Assembly: GCA_032718475.1 (NCBI GenBank)
Contig: JAUCBJ010008895.1
Coordinates: forward strand, 26,735 to 90,734
Reading direction: 5' to 3'
Source of the DNA: Nemertoderma westbladi
Taxonomy: Eukaryota > Animalia > Xenacoelomorpha
Length of the DNA stretch: 64,000 nucleotides
The notes beneath the pieces are model-generated. The model worked only from the letters and a program-made list of their open reading frames with translations, searched no databases and was not told the origin of the DNA. Of the stretch, positions 57,041 through 64,000 are shown one piece after another. Made by a program: the position numbers and the translations under genes. Within the stretch, counting starts at the first letter, position 1. Every line of letters begins with the position of its first letter.

Positions 57041-58335
57041 TGCAAAGCAAAGCAATCAATCAAACAGTCGGCCGAAGCCGGAGGCGACCCGAAGGCTCCT
57101 CTTTCGATAGCGCTGCTACCCGAGGGTAGGGGTGGGCGCTACTCCTATCTGCTACCCGAGGGTAGGGGTGGGCGCTACTACTATCTGTTACCCAAAGGTA
57201 GGGGTGGACGCTACTCCTATCTGTTACCCAAAGGAAGGGGTGGGCGCTACTCCTATCTGCTATCCGCGGGTAGGGGTGGGTGCTACTCCTATCGTTACCC
57301 AAAGGTAGGGGTTGGCGCTACTCCTATCTGCTACCCGAAGGTAGGGGTGGGCGCTACTCCTATCTGCTACCCGAAGGTAGGGGTGGGCGCTACTCCTATC
57401 TGCTATCCGCGGGTAGGGGTGGGTGCTACTCCTATCGTTACCCAAAGGTAGGGGTTGGCGCTACTCCTATCTGTTACCCAAAGGTAGGGGTGGACGCTAC
57501 TCCTATCTGTTACCCAAAGGAAGGGGTGGGCGCTACTCCTATCTGCTATCCGCGGGTAGGGGTGGGTGCTACTCCTATCGTTACCCAAAGGTAGGGGTTG
57601 GCGCTACTCCTATCTGCTACCCGAAGGTAGGGGTGGGCGCTACTCCTATCTGCTACCCGAAGGTAGGGGTGGGCGCTACTCTTATCTGCTTCCCGAAGGT
57701 AGGGGTGGGCGCTACTCCTATCTGCTACACGAAGGTAGGGGTGGGCGCTTCTCATATCTGCTACCCGAAGGTAGGCGTGGGCGCTACTCCTATCTGCTAC
57801 CCGAAGGTAGGAGGTGGGCGCTAATCCTATCTATTACCCAAAGATAGGGGTGGGCGCTACTCCTATCTACTACCCGAAGGTAGGGGCGGGCGCTACTCCT
57901 ATACGTTACCCAAAGGTAGGGGTGGACTCTACTCCTATCTGTTACCCAAAGGAAGGGGTGGGCGCTACTCCTATCTACTACCCGAAGGTAGGGGTGGGCG
58001 CTACTCCTATCTACTACCAGAAGGTAGGGGCAGGCGCTACTCCTATCTGCTACCCGAGGTTAGGGGTGGGCGCTACTCCTATCTGCTACCCGAGGGTAGG
58101 GATGGGCGCTACTCCTATCTGCTACACGATGGTAGGGGTGGGTGGGCGCTACTCGTATCTGCTACCCGATGGTAGGGGTTGGTCGCAACTTATGTCCCTA
58201 GTTTTGCTCGTACAGTAGTAATTCAACTGGTCCTCGTTTTATAGACACCAGTGGATGATGAGTGACTGTGTGGACTGAGTGGACATTGGCGGGGCTCGAA
58301 CCTGCCCGGCGCTCAACCAACTGAACTACACGGTC
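57041..58335 (-). mobile_element. tRNA-derived SINE inflated by an internal minisatellite
   Basis: On the minus strand: A box TAGTTCAGTTGG (58317-58328), B box GGTTCGAGCC (58293-58302), central TCATCC...GTCTATAAAACGAGGACCAG resembling the Nin/Deu-type SINE core (from memory), a tail resembling RTE-related SINE tails (from memory), and a simple-repeat end (TTGA/TTTGC). Confidence 0.6.
57113..58179. repeat. 36-bp G-rich minisatellite, ~30 copies, with a local 143-bp higher-order unit
   Basis: Unit CTACCCGAAGGTAGGGGTGGGCGCTACTCCTATCTG. A 35-bp variant recurs every 143 bp (track ORF starts 57280, 57423, 57566). Confidence 0.97.
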
Positions 58336-59019
58336 TTTGTTTACTGGTTCTGTAAGCGGATTCAATTCCGCCGCATTACCCTCATAAAATGGGACAGTGG
58401 CATTTTCAACAATATGTTGGAGATACGAGATTAGCAATAACTAATCTCGTATCACAACCAACGCCGGGGACAATACAAACCCCAAAGCCACACAAAGGAA
58501 GGTTAGAGGTCAAACCACCTCGGAAGGGGAGACAGCTAGCAGGGGCCAGCGGCAGGGGGGAAACACTCCCAGAAAGTGGAAAGGCGTGAAGTAGGTTATT
58601 AGCCAATAAGGGCGAAGGAGAGCATCCACTAGGTAAGAGGCCACAGTAATGTAGAAGTGATCACATATATTATCAATGCATATTGGTATATCATTCAGTT
58701 ACTCAGATTGTCAGTTTTAGTGCAGACTGGTGACATTCTTCACCATCACCAATATCAGTACAGCATACCGGTATCCATCAAAACAGTACTTCCGCTTTAT
58801 TGTGCTATCATTATTAACATTTAGAATATCAAGAGACAACATCGAACTCTCATTATTTTACTACATCGGCCTCGGCCTAGCTGCTGGCACTATCCCTAAA
58901 GCAAAACGGTGACGCGTAGTGTATTAATCCGGTCGGGATCCCTTGATCCCGTCACAGTGAAGAATTACCAACTGAACTGAACTGAACTGTGACTGCCAGA
59001 CACCAGAGACAAAAAAAAG

Positions 59020-60430
59020 ATGAGCACAGGAGAACCCCGAATATCAGAGGGAGAGAGGACACTGCCGCGGACCCCGGACGACACCAACCAAACGATCCGC
59101 GAGGCCGCGACGAGACGGTATCAACCTGCGACGCCGGATTTGCCGACAAGGGACGATCCGGTACCCCAAGCGGAGGGCGGCCGTCAACCACGAGAGAGGG
59201 ACGAGTCGACGCACAACGGCGGTAGGAGTACCGAAGTCGCCGGCCAGCCACGGGCCGAGGGCGACGGACGGCCCACCGGAACGGCGACGGTGGGGCCGCC
59301 GGTACGACGCCGAACCAGGAGAAGAGGAGGAGATGTCGGCGAAGAGGACGTCGGGACCAGCGATCGGCTACGACGGGCCTACAACACCATGAAGAAACTA
59401 TTACAGGAGGCCAGAAAGGGAGGAAAGGTAAACCAGGGAAAGTTAAACCAACGGCTAGGTGAGTCGAATAAACACTTTCGGTATCTAGTTCGTTTTGGGC
59501 AGGGAGAACTGGCGAGTGAGAGAGCGAGGGGGGTTGCCACTGAACTATTCGAACTGTGGCGGTCCGGGATTATGGAGCCTGAAATAGTGTACGTAGGGCC
59601 GTATTTAGTGGATGCCAGGGGAATTAAGTTAGTGGGTTGGGCGGATCCGCACGAGGGCAAACCCAAGGTTAACCCCGAGGATTCGGTCTCGTCGGTTAGC
59701 AAGAACCCCAGAAAGCGGGGGAAAGTTAGTAGGACAGAGAGGCGACGGGAGTCCGTCGCGACCGATAAGTCCGCTACATCCTCCGCGAAAGCAAGAAGGG
59801 TGTTGGAGATAGATCTGGCGTGTCAATTAGACATGGTGGCGCTAGACCAGAAAGAATTAGAGAGGCAGTTGGGTGAGGGAACTGCGTTGTTAGAGAAAGA
59901 GAGAGAGTTGGCGAGGGAATGAAGAGAGAGGGCCGAAAGGGTGGCGAAGAACTGTAGAGAGCAAGAAGAGAGAGAGGCAGAGGAATGTAAGGAGCGAGAG
60001 ACGAGAGTAGAGAACGAGCGTAAGGAGCGAGAGACGAGAGTAGAGAACGAGCGTAAAGAGCGAGAGATGAGAGTAGAGAATGAGCGTAAGGAGTGAGAGA
60101 CGAGAGAAATTAACGAACATAAAGAGCGGGAGGCGATAGTAGAGAGCGAGCGTAGAGAGCGGGTGGCGAGAGAAACAGAGTTAGCGAACCAGAGTTTACG
60201 AGAGGATAGAGAAAGAGAGAGAGCGGGAAAGCGCATGCGGGATGACATGAATGCCCGGTTAAGGGAGCTTATGCAATATCAGGCCAAGCAGAAGCGCCGA
60301 CTGGAACTGGCGCAGTTGGGATTATCTGAGAGTGAGGCTGGCTCGGGTAGTATTTACGAGGAGCCAGAGGTAATGGAAACGTTTGTTAATACCCCACTTA
60401 CAGGGACCGGACGACAGACCCAAGTGTACG
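59020..60430 (+). mobile_element. Decayed gag-like ORF, probably the 5' part of a BEL/Pao LTR retrotransposon
   Basis: One frame from 59020 with TGA stops at 59920 and 60094. PEDSVSSVS...SSAKARR is followed by an E/R coiled coil, as in BEL/Pao gag N-termini. A candidate LTR (TGT at ~58651 to ACA at ~58956) is unconfirmed. Confidence 0.5.
59980..60105 (+). repeat. 33-bp coding tandem repeat (ERKERETRVEN)
   Basis: GAGCGTAAGGAGCGAGAGACGAGAGTAGAGAAC, about 3.5 copies. Confidence 0.85.
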
Positions 60431-61680
60431 CGCTTTTGAAGACCTTTAGCAGTTTAACCTGCCAAAATTTATATGTCTTTTGGTTTATAAATAGACTTTA
60501 GAAGTTGACAAATATTTAATACCAATAAACACAACATTAGCAGAAGCCAGCCTAGTGCGCGTCCATTCACCCGCTGGATATACCCGGGAGACTGGATTCT
60601 GAGGGCTTAGATTATTATTGCAGTGTAAGCTTACTGTATTATTCGATTGATCGTTAATAAATAATTTCTGACTAATATTATTCACTTTCGGGAAATATTA
60701 ACAGTTCCTTTAGGACGTGGCGCTCTATCTAGGTAAACAGAGATATGACTTATACTAATCACAACGGTAAGTCGGTAAGGCTTATGATTCACGTATGAGG
60801 CGCATTCTTTAGGAAATGCTTAGTTATCAGTCACAATCAGGCACACTACCGGTAACACACAATACTGCTCACTAATTTGCCGACCGTCAATGAATTTTAT
60901 CATATATAAAGAGAACAGCAACGGACTCATGTAGTGCTTATCAAATAGCATTAAACTCACTACAAACCACGATAATATAAGTCGCAATCGCTATATGTAG
61001 CCTGTCTCTCTAACCTGTAGTGTATCAAGAAAATTGGGAAATTTGGGTTCTTTATAGATGTTCTCCAAATAATAATATTCAACCAAAACACAACAGTAAA
61101 TAGCATTAAACACTGTTTGACTGGACCGATAACAGTTATACGCTCTATAATCTAAAGCCTACTAATGTTTCTTCTAAAGTCTGAAACGAATTGACTCTAG
61201 AGCCGGTGTTCCTGGCCTAGATAGAAACAACACAACAGTAACAAAAACACTCTCTGACTCTAACACCGTTGCAGGTATCTTTTTACACAGAGAGGAATCG
61301 CTCTCATTGGCAGAACACCAGATTCCACAGGTTCCACGAATATCTAAATGCCGAACTATCAGGATTTTTGCAGCCCTTGGCCAACACACAAAATGAGTCA
61401 CTCCGCTCGGTTGCATACTCTGCTGCTATAGCTCTGGTTGGCCGATAGAACGTAGTAAAGAGCCCCTCGTATAACAAATCAGCCAATCAGCCGGTCGCTT
61501 TGCATCATTCGAGTTAGAGAGCTTTTTAGAGTATTCCAGCGCCTGGGGGGGAACTGGATTGCAAAGCAAAAGGGCCAGTTATATCCCACAGAAGCTTTTA
61601 CACCGCTCCCAGAAAATGGGATTTGAGTCTATTAATATACAAAAATCACAGTTTCTAATATACGTAAATACTCTAAACAG

Positions 61681-63129
61681 TTAGTCTTTCTTGCGCGGAC
61701 GGCGTTTACGCAGTTTTTTAAAGCTGACCAGAGTCTTTTTCTCTTTGGGGCGAGCCACTTTACAAGGAGGGCTATAACTCCTGGGTGAAGGGTGCAATAT
61801 GATTGCATCAGAGGGTGTAGGATTATGGTCGGTGTATCCGCCAGTCGAAGTGCCGGGTTGATTGACATCAACGTCGGGGGAGAGGGGTTTAACGGCCTTG
61901 AGAGCGCGTTTTAGGACAGCCGCTCTGACGGGTCCTTTACGAGTGGTCTGAACGAGAGCCGTGGGTGGACCATAGGCAGTCAGAAACCTCCTGGGTTTAA
62001 TGGTTCTTTCCAACTCGCGTTCGCGGGCTCGGTATTCGTAAGGTCGTCGATACACTTCCTGTAACTCGGGGTGTGAGTTAACAAATAAGTCTCCATAGTC
62101 CGGATCCTGACGGATATAATTGATTAAGTTATAGGAATGAAGGTCGCTAGGATTAACACTCCTGAGAAATTTGCGTACGAACTTGGTTGAAATACATTCT
62201 CCGACGCGCTTCAGTAGTTCGTAACTCGATATGCGTGATTTCTGTTCGACAGAAGCAAATAGATAAGGATGGAACGCATAAATTCCTTCGTAAGCGCGTC
62301 CAGGATAATAACGATGGCGCGAATCACAATGTAAATCAGCGTTCGCTTCCCTAGCTCTGATGTAACGTAGTGTGATCATTTCATCTACGCTTTCCAAATC
62401 GTGATTAAAAGGGCAATCGAAACTGGCGTGTCCCTTTAGTTGACAATGGTGACATTGAGTCATAAATTGAGGGCAAACCGCAAAAATGTGCATGTTATTG
62501 AGTCTGCAATACGCACAATAAATTTCCATCACCGGTTGTTCGTGGAAATAGGAACAGCGGACGTTTGTGTCCATGGGCGTAACATGGTCTCTCGATGCGC
62601 ATAACCGACAACGTTGCCGAGAAACATAGTTGGCATGGCGATAATTGTACGCAGTGAGACACTGTGGACCTTGATACCATTCTAGGATGTAATCGTTGTC
62701 GCTGTTCCGGGCGCGATAGGCTGAATCTCCTCAGATTCTAGGCATATTGGTTCGTCTTCCCAGTCTGTTACGAATAGAATTTTCGTGATCTATTCTCGGT
62801 TTATCGTTCCGACTCCGCTGGGTATGATATTTAAATAGAACCATTTCCCTTTCGGTGTCTACATCGTCCGTATCATGTAAATTGATAGGATGGCCGGTAG
62901 TTAGGAAGTCCATATACGTACTATTACGATGCGTATAGCGAGCGGTGAATTTTCGATAGTCCAATTCACGCGTAAGTTGCTCTTGTGACATCGGCGGTTC
63001 GATATAACGACCATCGTCCTCCGTAATGGTTGGATCGGCTTCACCGCGTATCAAGCTATCCACAAATGCTTGCAAAGGTAGAGTATATCACTCCCTGATA
63101 CCAATATCATCTTCTATCAACTCCGTCAT
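61681..63129 (-). pseudogene. Zn-knuckle-rich ORF (~480 codons) interrupted by two in-frame TGA codons
   Basis: Track ORFs 62731-63075 and 61681-62574 share one frame; TGAs at 63088-63090 and 62731-62733. Motifs CRLCASRDH, CAYCRLNNMHIFAVC, CHHCQLKGHASFDC (CX2CX4HX4C) and a basic C-terminus KKLRKRRPRKK. Confidence 0.6.
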
Positions 63130-64000
63130 ATCTATTATCTGAGTTTATTAATATTATAATGAGTTTATGTTTAGGCGAGCGGGCGTCGCTGCCTACCTTT
63201 CTTTGCCCCCGGACAGTGGGATTCTCAGCGCCGATGTACCGTTGTCGCGGTGTTTACGCCAACATGTAGCAACAGCACGACAACGATAACCGGCACAAGT
63301 CACTCCACTGTCCGTCCCAAAGGCTTGAATCCACTTTAGGTTCTTTCTATAGGAGAGTTGGGTTACTTTCACAATTGCGACTAGCTACTGTAAACATACT
63401 TTAGCAGTAACATTCACCTATAAACGCACAAATTCCACACAACTGTCACCAATTGTACACATACAGGCCATTTGTCCGTTAGTCAGTGCCTTCCAGAATG
63501 TCACGTTATTACTGTGTATCCTTGGATACTAACAGTGTGCTATGTATTCTCTATGCTATGCAATGGGACAAGCTTTCTATTGTTCTTTTAACTTGCTTCT
63601 AATTCTAGCGTGGGTGTTGCTATGGTGACATTATGGAAAGCTAGCGGTAGAATTAGAGTAATTCTCATGCATACAGATCTGGAATGCTATTTAATAGTAA
63701 TTCTTTAATTGTCAATATCCTCTTTATACATGATTTTATTAATTTTATCGGCTATTGACTATATGTTGGAGATTCTCGCACTCTAATACACTCAATAGGG
63801 TGAATCTCCGCTCCCATGATCTATTAATTAATGGAATTTTGGGAATGTTATAAATTGCACAAAGTGACAATTTATGAAATTCATTTAAAATATGAATTTA
63901 AATTTATTCCCGTGAATTTTATTATTTGATATTAAAATTGACACAATTTTTATTCCAGAGCATGTCTGGGGACTTAGGATCCTTAATTCTATAAAATTGT

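Noticed and set aside
57023-58218. Repetitive ORFs (YSYLLPEGRGGR / GATPICYPKVGV)
   Set aside because: By-products of a 36-bp unit that is open in several frames and interrupted by 35-bp frameshifting units.
58285-58335. tRNA gene on the minus strand
   Set aside because: A and B boxes are present but the anticodon arm and paired acceptor stem are missing; fits a SINE head.
62731-63090. Selenocysteine or programmed readthrough of the in-frame TGAs
   Set aside because: No redox motif context or visible SECIS; CGA>TGA decay is simpler and is seen in the neighbouring element.

Overview
AT-rich, intron-containing animal (invertebrate-like) genomic DNA, not prokaryotic. About 55% of the window (3376-38734) is a 43/44-bp tandem satellite of roughly 820 units. 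The unit is exactly the last 37 nt of a coding exon plus its GTAAGT splice donor. The array fills a 35.7-kb intron of a spliced gene of at least 775 aa, whose six visible exons (<1-786, 1346-1606, 1956-2548, 3261-3412, 39101-39289, 40170-40516) join in frame across it. The same amplification of an exon/donor junction occurs independently in a nearby actin gene (79-bp units). The rest of the window holds an intronless tetraspanin, a cytoplasmic-type actin with a CArG/ETS/TATA promoter, a divergent three-domain galectin-like gene on the minus strand, and an orphan type I membrane protein. It also has decayed mobile elements: an RTE-like LINE, a Penelope GIY-YIG fragment, a Harbinger-like MITE, hairpin elements, a tRNA-derived SINE with an internal 36-bp minisatellite, a BEL/Pao-like gag and a Zn-knuckle ORF. 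All gene models were assembled by eye from splice signals and frame compatibility; family assignments come from recalled motifs and no searches were run.
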